Source: a virus. Taken from it: a DNA stretch of 64,000 nucleotides. The notes below the pieces were generated by a model, which did not search any database, was not told the origin of the DNA, and was given only the letters and a program-made list of their open reading frames with translations. The translations under genes and the position numbers were made by a program. Position 1 is the first letter of the stretch, and each line of letters begins with the position of its first letter. Shown here in pieces: positions 12,637 through 21,788 of the stretch. The stretch covers positions 1 through 64,000 of IMG/VR virus record IMGVR_UViG_3300046168_000072, one strand, 5' to 3'.

Positions 12637-13141
12637 GATATTTAACTATATAACATTTGATTTGAGAGTCAAGAAAAATATCATTAATCATTGCAAAAAT
12701 TATTCCCCAACTTCCACCTGCAAGACCACAAGAGATACCCCAAGGTAGCCCTAGTATTGGTGGAGGGCTAGGATTATATTCATGTTTGGTTACATTTATT
12801 TCAAAAAGTTCTTCTTCAACCTTTTTTAATGCTCGCCAAAATTTTTCGTAATCAACTTGCCTCTCTCCTGTCCCTATGGTTGCTTGAGTGTACATATTGT
12901 ATATATATTTGCCGTCACCGACTTCAGCTTTTGAAAAAGTGCCAAGAGGGTGCTTAAATTGACCATTGTGGTCATACTCATCACTAATATAATCTATATC
13001 GGCTTGATAGGCTTGAGGGTAACGATCTTTTATTTGCTTTGCAATGCCCCCGCCCATAATCATGCGACAATTACATGAGTGAGCGATGACATTAATGTCT
13101 TTTGGGAAGTTTAGCAAGTTTCCATTTATGATTTTTACCAT
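12629..13141 (-). CDS. Macro-domain protein (ADP-ribose binding/hydrolase)
   Basis: GNLL, HSCNC..MGGGIAKQI and GISCGLAGG motifs. Confidence 0.9.
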   Translation of the reverse strand: MVKIINGNLLNFPKDINVIAHSCNCRMIMGGGIAKQIKDRYPQAYQADIDYISDEYDHNGQFKHPLGTFSKAEVGDGKYIYNMYTQATIGTGERQVDYEKFWRALKKVEEELFEINVTKHEYNPSPPPILGLPWGISCGLAGGSWGIIFAMINDIFLDSQIKCYIVKYHE

Positions 13142-13147
13142 ACCAAT

Positions 13148-13176
13148 ATACTAATGTAGCAACAATTAAATGTCAA
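13148..13176 (-). promoter_or_regulatory. sigma70-type promoter, leaderless geometry
   Basis: TTGACA-N17-TAGTAT-N6-ATG(13141). Confidence 0.75.
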
Positions 13177-13717
13177 GCCTTAAAGGAATAATTGGTTTTC
13201 CATTTTCATCTTTATCTAGCACTCTCACTATCTTTGCTTTATTTGGGTCGGCAACAAAAATATGTGGGTGATTTTCTTCATCTAAGATTCTTCTTAAATT
13301 ATTTGGATTTATTTCAACACATTCCAATAAATCTTTACCATTATGTTTATGTAAGTCATAAGATTTTGGATATAACCCTTCTTCTTGATTTAAATAACAA
13401 ATAATTCTTCCGTATTTAATTCTAGCTTTACCTTTGTAAGAAATATAACCGCCAATGTCGAAAGATTGTTTTTCGAATAATTTATGGCGCGGAACATAAT
13501 ATTTGACATTATCTCTTTTGATTCTAAATGTTTTATGTTGACCAAAAAGGTTTTCTAATGGCAAAAGACTTTTGGGGTGGACTAAAATACATTCAAGTGT
13601 GGGGTTTTTTTTACTATCTTCAAGAATAGTTATTATTTGACCAACCCGCCTTTTTATCTTTAAAGCTTTTTCTTTAATGTGATCGCCAACTTCTAATTTA
13701 TTTAAATTCTTTTTCAT
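13166..13717 (-). CDS. Basic hypothetical protein with two internal beta-rich repeats
   Basis: LEVGDHI..VGQII..LECILVHP versus FDIGGYI..YGRII..LECVEINP. Confidence 0.55.
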   Translation of the reverse strand: MKKNLNKLEVGDHIKEKALKIKRRVGQIITILEDSKKNPTLECILVHPKSLLPLENLFGQHKTFRIKRDNVKYYVPRHKLFEKQSFDIGGYISYKGKARIKYGRIICYLNQEEGLYPKSYDLHKHNGKDLLECVEINPNNLRRILDEENHPHIFVADPNKAKIVRVLDKDENGKPIIPLRLDI

Positions 13718-14724
13718 GCCATTTGTTCTTGTAAAAGTTTAATCGCTTTGTCTTTTTGTTTTACTTCGCATTCCCATTTGGCTTGCTTATTTGGTTCAAT
13801 AGCAATAATTGGTGGAACATGACCTAGAGCAAAATAATCTGCATGAGCGCGAGGTTTTTCGGGAGTACCTTCTGACCAATGAAAGACAGGTGCAATAAAA
13901 TTGCCTTCATCAAGATGTAATTTCTCTGTTTGTTTCACCCATGTATATGCACATCGTTCGGCATTAAATGTAATACTTGGATTACCTTCTGATGGATTGC
14001 AAAAATCATGTAAGTTGTCGTAGCAAACAGGAATCATCGCACCGAATGTTTGAAACAAATAGTCGCTAAATTTAATGCAGTTGTCTACATTAAAGAAACC
14101 TTTATCTTCGTTCTCAATAGTCAGTCGATTGTAAACACCTTTATCGCACATAGAGAGATTGCGAAAAAATCTAGTAGCAACAATTTCCAATGTTTCATCT
14201 TCTTTTGGTGAATAATTAATGTGAATATTCATTGGCGCAGTATGATCTTGAGGCAAGCCAATCATATCAAGAACGCTTGCTTGAAAGTTAAGTTCATTGA
14301 TTGTTCGGTCAACTTTTGCTCTATCGGGAGATGCAAGAACATTGAATTGATCGGGATGAGAGCCTATTGAGATATTAAACTTTTCAGCAATTAGTCCGAC
14401 AAGTTTGAGTTCCTGTTTGATTCTAGCTTTGTGTGGCAAAGCTTCAAGAGAAATCTCCAAAGTTTGATCGGTAAGGAGAGGAAAAAGAGCAGAACTAAGA
14501 CGATAATGCCTAATATTTGAGGCATGACAATGATTGACAATATATTGAGTAACAATAACATTGTGCAAAATTCTTTCAGATAATTGATTAACGGCTTCAT
14601 CTCTACCTTCTAGGTTACACAAATCATTAAAACGCTTGCGAGTCATTGTGCGAAAAGAGTATTTTTTCTTGTCTTTATCTTTGAGTTGTTCGCTGATACA
14701 GGTAAGCCCTAATGTTTGTGTCAT
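13714..14724 (-). CDS. uvsE: UV damage endonuclease
   Basis: YRLSS, HPDQFNVLAS, RLTIENED, DNLH, AHADY and EVKQKD motifs. Confidence 0.92.
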   Translation of the reverse strand: MTQTLGLTCISEQLKDKDKKKYSFRTMTRKRFNDLCNLEGRDEAVNQLSERILHNVIVTQYIVNHCHASNIRHYRLSSALFPLLTDQTLEISLEALPHKARIKQELKLVGLIAEKFNISIGSHPDQFNVLASPDRAKVDRTINELNFQASVLDMIGLPQDHTAPMNIHINYSPKEDETLEIVATRFFRNLSMCDKGVYNRLTIENEDKGFFNVDNCIKFSDYLFQTFGAMIPVCYDNLHDFCNPSEGNPSITFNAERCAYTWVKQTEKLHLDEGNFIAPVFHWSEGTPEKPRAHADYFALGHVPPIIAIEPNKQAKWECEVKQKDKAIKLLQEQMA

Positions 14725-14730
14725 ACCTAA

Positions 14731-14759
14731 ACCTTATACCAAGAAACGATGTTTGTCAA
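14731..14759 (-). promoter_or_regulatory. sigma70-type promoter of uvsE, leaderless geometry
   Basis: TTGACA-N17-TAAGGT-N6-ATG(14724). Confidence 0.75.
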
Positions 14760-14781
14760 GACTTTTTGTGTATATATTAGC

Positions 14782-15015
14782 ATGGAGGTAAAAGAGATTA
14801 TAATGATGGGGATTGGAGCAATGGTTTCAGTCATAGCGTTTTATTTAAAAAGAGAAAGTTTAAAAATTGAGAAACTTTCTAATAAAATGAGGGAAATTGA
14901 AATAAATCTAGCTAAAAATTGCGCAAGAGATACAGAAAGATGGGTTCAGACTAAAAAACTCTTGGAAGATAGGCGAGAAGACACAATTAAAATATACGAA
15001 AAATTAAACAAATGA
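14782..15015 (+). CDS. Small membrane-anchored coiled-coil protein (holin- or haemolysin-like?)
   Basis: N-terminal hydrophobic helix; GTGTA motif 9 nt before ATG 14782. Confidence 0.55.
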   Translation: MEVKEIIMMGIGAMVSVIAFYLKRESLKIEKLSNKMREIEINLAKNCARDTERWVQTKKLLEDRREDTIKIYEKLNK

Positions 15016-15100
15016 GTTCAATAATGGAATTATGGGACATTTTTTTATGGTTGTCTATTATGTCTGCAATTGCAGTAATATTTTTTCCGCATAAAAATAA

Positions 15101-15532
15101 TTAGTCTGCGACTTGTTCCCATCTATTATCGTAATTAAGTCTAAATTTACCTTGATAACCTTCATTTCCTCCTATCTTCTCATGCGGAGCAAACAAAGTC
15201 AAGTAAAATTTGCCATTTTGTTTTTTATATAGATGATATTCTTTACCTATGACAGGCTTGAACCGCATTTCAGCGTTAAAAACAATCTCATTCCACTTAA
15301 AATCTTCCGCCAACTCCTCGAACTCTTTTTTTAGTTTATTGAAACGCTCTTCGTAGTGTTTGTTAGCAGTATGTACTGCGCCAACTTTCCATCCACCAAG
15401 ACTATGATCAGGGCGAATAACAGGAGCGCCTATATTACTTGCATAAGGTAATGAATGAGGATTTGGGGCGACATTGTCAGGCAAATCTTTTTCATCAGTC
15501 ATAATACACCTTTTCGAATTTTTCATCCCCAA
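15101..15532 (-). CDS. DUF2452-like protein
   Basis: FKPVIGKEYHLY...FYLTLFAPHE...GKFRLNYDNRW pattern. Confidence 0.75.
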   Translation of the reverse strand: MGMKNSKRCIMTDEKDLPDNVAPNPHSLPYASNIGAPVIRPDHSLGGWKVGAVHTANKHYEERFNKLKKEFEELAEDFKWNEIVFNAEMRFKPVIGKEYHLYKKQNGKFYLTLFAPHEKIGGNEGYQGKFRLNYDNRWEQVAD

Positions 15533-15725
15533 GATATTTTACCGCAAACAAGAAATTTTTAGAAGTTTTCTTTTCTTGAGGCGAAAACAAACTTAAATAT
15601 TTCAAGAAACCAAAAGAAGGCTCTTCTCTTTGATAAATGAAATAAACTTTACCAATTGCAAGCCTACCCATTGTTTGAACATCGTCTAATTTTAATTCTT
15701 TACTCATTACATTAAAATACTCCAT
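15495..15725 (-). CDS. Short DUF2452-like paralogue
   Basis: IGKVYFIY...YLSLFSPQE aligns with the C-terminal half of the neighbouring gene. Confidence 0.55.
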   Translation of the reverse strand: MEYFNVMSKELKLDDVQTMGRLAIGKVYFIYQREEPSFGFLKYLSLFSPQEKKTSKNFLFAVKYLGDEKFEKVYYD

Positions 15726-16132
15726 TCTTCAGATTTGTCAAGCCAATCTTTGTATTTTTCATCTCCACCTCTAGCAGACCAATCAGAATCAATGGTTAAT
15801 TTTGAAGATATTCCACCTCTTGGATTAAAAACCATAACCAATCGCAACCTATCGGGTTCATAAACTTCTATCAAATGACCATAAAAAATATTAATTAATC
15901 TTTCATAAGATACAACAATATCACGCAAATGAAAGACAAATTGCTTGAGGCTTTTTAGTTCTATGATTTTTTCTTTTGGATAAAAACTAATATAAGCATT
16001 TGCAAAATCGGGCTGTTCTTTGACTCCAAGAAAAGTAAATTCGGGAATCTTAACTTTTATTTCATAAGCTTCACCGCTAGGATTAGGTAGAGATTTTAAT
16101 ATTTGTTTATTGATTTGATCGTATTTTTTCAT
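15707..16132 (-). CDS. QueF-like T-fold protein lacking the catalytic Cys
   Basis: PEFTFLGVKEQPDFA, ELKSLKQF (QueF motif) and FNPRGGIS; canonical EFTxLCP Cys replaced by Gly. Confidence 0.85.
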   Translation of the reverse strand: MKKYDQINKQILKSLPNPSGEAYEIKVKIPEFTFLGVKEQPDFANAYISFYPKEKIIELKSLKQFVFHLRDIVVSYERLINIFYGHLIEVYEPDRLRLVMVFNPRGGISSKLTIDSDWSARGGDEKYKDWLDKSEEWSILM

Positions 16133-16581
16133 TGCCTATTTTTAACTATATTATTATAATAATCTTTATCCCAAAAACTATAATAGTTTGTTTTATGTAA
16201 TCGTTTGGAATACTTGTTTAGTTCACTTAATCCTTGTATTAATAATATAGCGTATTCTTTGTTGTTTGTTTTTATATTGTTTATTTTATTGATTTGATTG
16301 GGATGATCCCATATTAACCATAAATCTTTATCTTTTGCATATTTTTCATGAGTAGAACAAAAAGATTCAAGCCATTCTACATCGTATTGATCTTTGTCTC
16401 CATAAATTAAATATAACATCGGATGCTCTTCATTGTCCATGCATTTCATGGCATCAGCCCAAAAGTCTTGCGATTGTTTTATTTCAACTTTATCCAAAAA
16501 ACTTTTAGCAAACGGGCAAATTGCATGACCTCCAAGCTCTTTTCTTTTTAAAGAAATATAATCAATATAATCTTCAATCAT
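16129..16581 (-). CDS. DUF1415-like protein
   Basis: GHAICPFAK, DHP, YAILLIQ and L.KTNYY motifs. Confidence 0.55.
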   Translation of the reverse strand: MIEDYIDYISLKRKELGGHAICPFAKSFLDKVEIKQSQDFWADAMKCMDNEEHPMLYLIYGDKDQYDVEWLESFCSTHEKYAKDKDLWLIWDHPNQINKINNIKTNNKEYAILLIQGLSELNKYSKRLHKTNYYSFWDKDYYNNIVKNRQ

Positions 16582-17348
16582 TTAAAAAATTTTTTATCAT
16601 CATGTTCTTTGCACTTATCTAATTGATTTAAAGATTTTAATTGAGAATCTCTTTCGCATAAAAATTTATAACGCTCAATATTATCAGACCATTCTTCTCC
16701 TGTCCAAAATTCAAAACCCGCATAATCCGCTTTATAGATACATGATTTTTCATAACCAAATCCAAGATACATATAATCTTTATCATGCTCCATGCAATAA
16801 TCAATCTCTGCAAGATTAGCGTATTTGCCAAGATACAATTTAGGACTCTCGTAATCCCATGCGAATTGAGTAGAGAAAACACTATTTGATCCAACATCTC
16901 TCATGAATGTAAAAGCAATAGGTTTGTTGTTTTGATAGTATAATAAAAAATATTTACGATGAGGCTCGGCAAAAATTAATGGCTCTAAATCCCATTTCTT
17001 AAAATTTCTGTATTCAAAATATTTATTAAATATATCGTTTAAAATGCTTAAATCAACTTCTTTAGCGTTTAAACATTTCGTTGTAATGTCTTTGCATTTT
17101 TTGCGCGCTTTTCTAGTGCTTCTAGTATCTTTAAATTTACGAAGATCAATTCTGGTTTGTCTAGCTTGATACCAATGAGACTTCAAAGTATTGCCAAGAG
17201 AATCTTGTTTAATTAAATAATCGTCAGGTAACCAACCTTTTTCAAGTGCTTGATTTTCTTCAACAAGAGGAACAACTGCCATGCAGTCAAAAAATAAATA
17301 ATCATATTCAGTAATTGCACCTGCGTAATGCCTGAAGTAAATATCCAT
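16578..17348 (-). CDS. Arginyl/leucyl-tRNA-protein transferase-like (ATE/Bpt family, GNAT-like fold)
   Basis: ALEKGW, RQTRIDL, FAWDYESPKLYLGKYANLAEI and YMYLGFGY..CIYKADY motifs. Confidence 0.8.
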   Translation of the reverse strand: MDIYFRHYAGAITEYDYLFFDCMAVVPLVEENQALEKGWLPDDYLIKQDSLGNTLKSHWYQARQTRIDLRKFKDTRSTRKARKKCKDITTKCLNAKEVDLSILNDIFNKYFEYRNFKKWDLEPLIFAEPHRKYFLLYYQNNKPIAFTFMRDVGSNSVFSTQFAWDYESPKLYLGKYANLAEIDYCMEHDKDYMYLGFGYEKSCIYKADYAGFEFWTGEEWSDNIERYKFLCERDSQLKSLNQLDKCKEHDDKKFFK

Positions 17349-17349
17349 C

Positions 17350-17700
17350 TTATAAAAAAGAGCGGTCTAAAAATTTATACTTTAAATCAATAGGATCGAA
17401 ATTGTTTAAGTCATCTAAAATAATATTAACATCAAAATCTTTACAACTATAAACATCTAATTGAACTAAATTTGGATCGGTTTTTTCCCAGGAATGTAAA
17501 GATATATGACTTGTCGTGATTAAGCAAAAAGCACTAATCCCTTCATTATTTAATTTATCACATCTAACTGCTCTAGGAGCATATAGAATTTCCATATCAA
17601 TTTTACTAACGATTTCGCGAATCCAATTTGATGTGAATTCTGTTGAAATAAAAGGAGTTTTTTTAAAAGTTGCGTTTATTAAAAGATGTTTGTGTTTCAC
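17350..17700 (-). CDS. speD: S-adenosylmethionine decarboxylase proenzyme
   Basis: HKHLLI, GISAFCLITTSHISLHSW (pyruvoyl cleavage Ser) and LDVYSCKDF. Confidence 0.9.
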   Translation of the reverse strand: MKHKHLLINATFKKTPFISTEFTSNWIREIVSKIDMEILYAPRAVRCDKLNNEGISAFCLITTSHISLHSWEKTDPNLVQLDVYSCKDFDVNIILDDLNNFDPIDLKYKFLDRSFL

Positions 17701-17709
17701 ATAATATGT

Positions 17710-17714
17710 TACAC
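17710..17714 (-). promoter_or_regulatory. GTGTA motif heading the speD-ATE-QueF-like operon (putative phage-sigma promoter)
   Basis: GTGTA-N9-GTG; same geometry before about 14 genes. Confidence 0.55.
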
Positions 17715-18307
17715 TATTTTAATATGTCATGTTTAATTTCATTCAGCATATCTTGTACCCTCGCTTTTATAGTAACATCGTGCCGAGCTTTGTCTCCCCA
17801 AGGAGGACGACTATAAAGTTTATACAAAGCATCGTCTTTGTGGCGAGCAAAAAGATCATAGCCTTCAGCGTGGCGAAAAGAATCCAACATATTTCCTTCC
17901 TTGTCAAAAAATTTAGAGTACAAATCTCTAACTTGTTTTACGCTTTGAATGCTTGCTTTTTTAATAATCCAATTTAATAAATTTGTTCGACTGAATAATA
18001 AAAATCCATACTCTTGTTGAAAAGCGATGAGATCAGCTTTTCCTAAAAGCCAACCATTTTTACCTGTGTTCCCGATAAGCTCTAAATATGTAAAATCATA
18101 TCGACCATCTTTCATTGCCTTGACATCGACAAGTGTATTTTTTCCTCTAGGAGAGATAACGCGCCTATCCCAATGCTCAAAAATATCTTGTCTTTTCGAG
18201 GCTTGATAAACGGAACATCCCTTTTTTTGACAAAGCTTCACAAACAAATCTTCCGCTTTATTTCCAATTCGTTCGGAGTATTCTTTTCTTTGTTGAATAT
18301 TATTCAT
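17714..18307 (-). CDS. PD-(D/E)xK-family nuclease-like protein
   Basis: IGNKAEDLF...EHWD...VDVKAMK...YLEL..NTGKNGWL.GKADLIAF. Confidence 0.7.
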   Translation of the reverse strand: MNNIQQRKEYSERIGNKAEDLFVKLCQKKGCSVYQASKRQDIFEHWDRRVISPRGKNTLVDVKAMKDGRYDFTYLELIGNTGKNGWLLGKADLIAFQQEYGFLLFSRTNLLNWIIKKASIQSVKQVRDLYSKFFDKEGNMLDSFRHAEGYDLFARHKDDALYKLYSRPPWGDKARHDVTIKARVQDMLNEIKHDILK

Positions 18308-18627
18308 TTAGTTTTAAAAGGCTCAAGCCATCCTAATCCATTATGGATTTCAGCAGTATCTTTTGGATTATCTAAAGAAAGATTTAAATGCTTGGCTAAA
18401 GAATTGACTTGACTTTTATTTAAATTGATTTTCTCATTATTAACCCAAACTACATAAGATCCTGTTATATTAAACGGAAAAGGTACTGGATTAATTTGAA
18501 CATTATATTGCGGTGGAGAAGTCGGAAGCAGAAAGTGATCGGGCAGATCGGGTAATGGTTTTGAGCGTTCTTTACTAGTATTACAACCAAACAAAAATAA
18601 AAAAGCTATCCACCACTTGTTTCTCAT
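18304..18627 (-). CDS. Predicted lipoprotein
   Basis: MRNKWWIAFLFLFGC lipobox; Pro-rich linker. Confidence 0.55.
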   Translation of the reverse strand: MRNKWWIAFLFLFGCNTSKERSKPLPDLPDHFLLPTSPPQYNVQINPVPFPFNITGSYVVWVNNEKINLNKSQVNSLAKHLNLSLDNPKDTAEIHNGLGWLEPFKTK

Positions 18628-18693
18628 TCTAAAAACCTATTATATAAAACTTAATAAATAATGTCAAGTGTTTTATGTGTAATAATATACGCT

Positions 18694-19524
18694 ATGTCGA
18701 ATCCAAAATATAATAACACCCAACCTTTTGCTCAAGAAAGAAACAATAATGTAAACTTTAACTATGTTTGGGATCAGCCAACTTTAAATTGGATACCCGA
18801 ACAGGCATCAAGTATTAGCGCTGAATATATTTTAGCCAACGCAAAATCTTTTATTAATAAATTTGGAAGCAACCCTGATGTCAATCAGTCAGTTTCAGTC
18901 ACTTCTCCCGAAACAATTTGGGATGGATCAAGCGAATACTTATTCCCTCCCGATACATCAACTTCCATCCAAATGGTATCTAGCTCAAACAATGATTCTC
19001 AAGAAATTGTGATACAAGGTTTAGATGCCGACTTCAAGGAGCAATCATGGAGTGGAAATCTAAATGGAAACATTTTTGTTCAAGTTCCATCTCCATATAA
19101 ATGGACAAGAATTTTTAGAGTTTATAATAACGGATCAACAGACTTAGAAGGCAATGTAGAAATTAGTCAAGCAGGAGTAACCTCTAATGTATACGCAAAA
19201 ATATTGAACGGCAATAACCAAACTTTAATGTCAGTATACACAATACCTGCCGATTACACGGGCTATTTAACGAAATACCAAACAACTGCCCATAACTCAC
19301 AAAGCTCTTCTGAGATAGGTTATACCATTTATATGAAGACACGAGAATTTGGAAAAGTATTTAGAGTCAAATCAATAACATCCGCAGGAACTTCGCATGA
19401 AGTCACTAAAAAATTTGATTTCCCAAATCTTTTGCCTCCAAAAACTGATATTATTTTTAATGCAGTTAGCGCAAATGGAAATAATGGTTCTGTTGATGTT
19501 GAATTTAATATCGCTTTACTTTAA
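18694..19524 (+). CDS. Beta-rich conserved phage protein, possibly a virion component
   Basis: INKFGSNPDV..ETIWDG..IVIQGLDA pattern; GTGTA motif upstream of ATG 18694. Confidence 0.65.
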   Translation: MSNPKYNNTQPFAQERNNNVNFNYVWDQPTLNWIPEQASSISAEYILANAKSFINKFGSNPDVNQSVSVTSPETIWDGSSEYLFPPDTSTSIQMVSSSNNDSQEIVIQGLDADFKEQSWSGNLNGNIFVQVPSPYKWTRIFRVYNNGSTDLEGNVEISQAGVTSNVYAKILNGNNQTLMSVYTIPADYTGYLTKYQTTAHNSQSSSEIGYTIYMKTREFGKVFRVKSITSAGTSHEVTKKFDFPNLLPPKTDIIFNAVSANGNNGSVDVEFNIALL

Positions 19525-19679
19525 AAAAGATTTAAGAGATTTGATTTGTTTCTCGACATCATCTATTTCTTGTTTAATCTGCTCTGTATAATCTTTTTCT
19601 TTATTAACTTGCTGAAGCAATCGAGTCGCTAGTTCATTTAATTCTTCCGCGCATTTCAGTAGAGTTTTGCTATATTGAT

Positions 19680-20615
19680 TCATAGTGCTTTGCATAGTTC
19701 CAAACCTCTACCTGTTATCTTGCGTTTGCCATCAATTTCGACAAGACTTTTATTGATGAGGTAAAGTTCATGATCTCTTTGTAAAGCGGTTTTACTTAGC
19801 CCTAGCTTTGCCGATAAACCTGTGAGAGTTGCTGAACCGATGTCTTGCAATATCTGCAAAATTTGTTTTTCTGTATTAGTGATTCCATAAGGCAAGATAC
19901 CAATGCTGTCGCATAATTCACGAAAATCTTCAAGATCAAAGTTGTTGCTTTCATTCGCTCCACAATACAAAGTAATCTCTTTCGCTCTCTTTACCGCACT
20001 GCGAGCATTACCTCTAATTGTAGAAGCAACTTCACGCAAGCAATCGTCTGTGAAATTCACTTCGGGAGCGCAAAGCTTTACAATCTGAGATAACTCTTCT
20101 TCATTGTACGCTTCAAAATCAACATTTGTAAGACGATCTTTTAATGGTGGAAAAATTTTATCAGTTTCAGTTGTCGCAAAGATAAATGTTTGTTGCTTAA
20201 AGTTAAATTCAAAAGTCATTTCATTCCATTCGAAAGTTTTACGGCTATTAGCTTCTGCATTAAAGATAGTTAAGAATGCCATAGTCAAATCTTTTGGAAG
20301 CGCATGACATTCATCAAAAAGAATAGTTACTTCGTTATCAGCAATGATAGGCAGAAAGATTTGTTCAAAAAACTGCTCATTATTCTTTATAGTAGAACAA
20401 TTAAGCTCAAGAAAAGCTCTCTTGTCCCCATCTTGATTATAAAGATTTTTGGCGAACGCTTTTGCAAATTCTGTTTTGCCAAGACCCTTTGCCCCTGCCA
20501 TCAGTAAGAATGGCGCTTGAGAGGTTTTATGAAAAGCATCAAGATAAAAAGAAAGTTTCTTCTTGACTGATTCTTGACCTACGAGATCGGGGAAGTATTT
20601 TTTTGAGTTATTCAT
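19680..20615 (-). CDS. ruvB: RuvB-like Holliday-junction branch-migration AAA+ ATPase
   Basis: LVGQ, Walker A GAKGLGKT, Walker B LFDECH, ATTE, PLKDR, RGNAR and C-terminal winged helix. Confidence 0.82.
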   Translation of the reverse strand: MNNSKKYFPDLVGQESVKKKLSFYLDAFHKTSQAPFLLMAGAKGLGKTEFAKAFAKNLYNQDGDKRAFLELNCSTIKNNEQFFEQIFLPIIADNEVTILFDECHALPKDLTMAFLTIFNAEANSRKTFEWNEMTFEFNFKQQTFIFATTETDKIFPPLKDRLTNVDFEAYNEEELSQIVKLCAPEVNFTDDCLREVASTIRGNARSAVKRAKEITLYCGANESNNFDLEDFRELCDSIGILPYGITNTEKQILQILQDIGSATLTGLSAKLGLSKTALQRDHELYLINKSLVEIDGKRKITGRGLELCKAL

Positions 20616-20617
20616 AA

Positions 20618-20947
20618 TTATAATTCTGTTAGTGTGTATTCGATTTTTTGTTCAACTTCATTACCATAAGGTTGTTTTGTAAAGTTGTCAACATTATTTT
20701 TAGTAACGCTACCTTCTTGATAGCAAGACTTGCATTGTGATCGTTTGCCAAACTGCCTACGCTTGTCATTATTAAAGGAATTCAAAGGTAAAAAATCATT
20801 ACATTTACTGCATTTTTTCTTGCCTTCGATTGTGCCTCTAATAACTTCAAACCATTCAGCGCTAACAGAGACTAGCGCTTTCTTGCCAATGTAATCACCA
20901 AGCTCTTCGTAGGTAATTTGAGTGAATTGAGAATTATTATTGTTCAT
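20618..20947 (-). CDS. Small Zn-finger protein
   Basis: KKCSKC...SQCKSC; promoter TTGACA-N17-TAGCGT-N6-ATG. Confidence 0.6.
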   Translation of the reverse strand: MNNNNSQFTQITYEELGDYIGKKALVSVSAEWFEVIRGTIEGKKKCSKCNDFLPLNSFNNDKRRQFGKRSQCKSCYQEGSVTKNNVDNFTKQPYGNEVEQKIEYTLTEL

Positions 20948-21614
20948 AATCATACGCTATCCAAAAAACAAACCCATGTCAACGCAAAAGTTCATTAAGC
21001 TCTTTCCTGTGAACTTTAAACTCTTCTATCATTGTTGCTGTGACATTCTTTAAATCAAAAAGATAACGAACATTCATCTCGCGCTCTTTAGGGATCAAGA
21101 TGTCACTTTTATATATCTTAATAAGATCAGATATGGCATCAATTTGTTTTTTGTACATCAAAAGCAAATGATTAAAAGATTTGTTAATTTTTTTCTTAAA
21201 GAAAAGCTTTTTTGTTTTGCTTGGGTCAAGATTTGTAGAGAAAAGCTTATTTAGGCGACTAATTAATTCTTGATGATCTTGTTCCAAATCATATATCATT
21301 GAAGTATGGAAATCGTAAGTCTGCCAAGCTAATTCTAGCTCGTCCATATTACAAAAACTTATAAAGAATATTTAATTGATTGACGCCAATATATTTAGCA
21401 AAATAAGCGCAAAATTCGGCAACTCGTTGTGCAGACCATTTTTCTTCTTCTATAATGTGTCCAAGCTCGGCATATTCGCCATCGTTCCATAAATCAGTTA
21501 GTTTAATGTATTCAGTATTCATAATGTATTTTCTATATATTTGTTATTGTTAAAGATTGTAGTCTGGCATTATATTTTGAAAATGTCAATACTTTTTTTG
21601 TGTAATACTTCAAT

Positions 21615-21788
21615 ATGAGAGAAAGAATCATTAATTATTTAATCGTTAAGCACTTAGAAGATGAAGAATTTGATGCTCATCCTCACCAAAGAGTAAAAAG
21701 CGCTTATATATTGGCAAAAAAAGAATACGAAAAACTTTCGGAAGCAGACAAACAACAAATCATTAAATATTTAAATAATGAAAAATAA
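21615..21788 (+). CDS. 57-aa hypothetical protein missing from the ORF track
   Basis: GTGTA-N10-ATG; overlaps the start of ORF 21778..22017. Confidence 0.55.
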   Translation: MRERIINYLIVKHLEDEEFDAHPHQRVKSAYILAKKEYEKLSEADKQQIIKYLNNEK

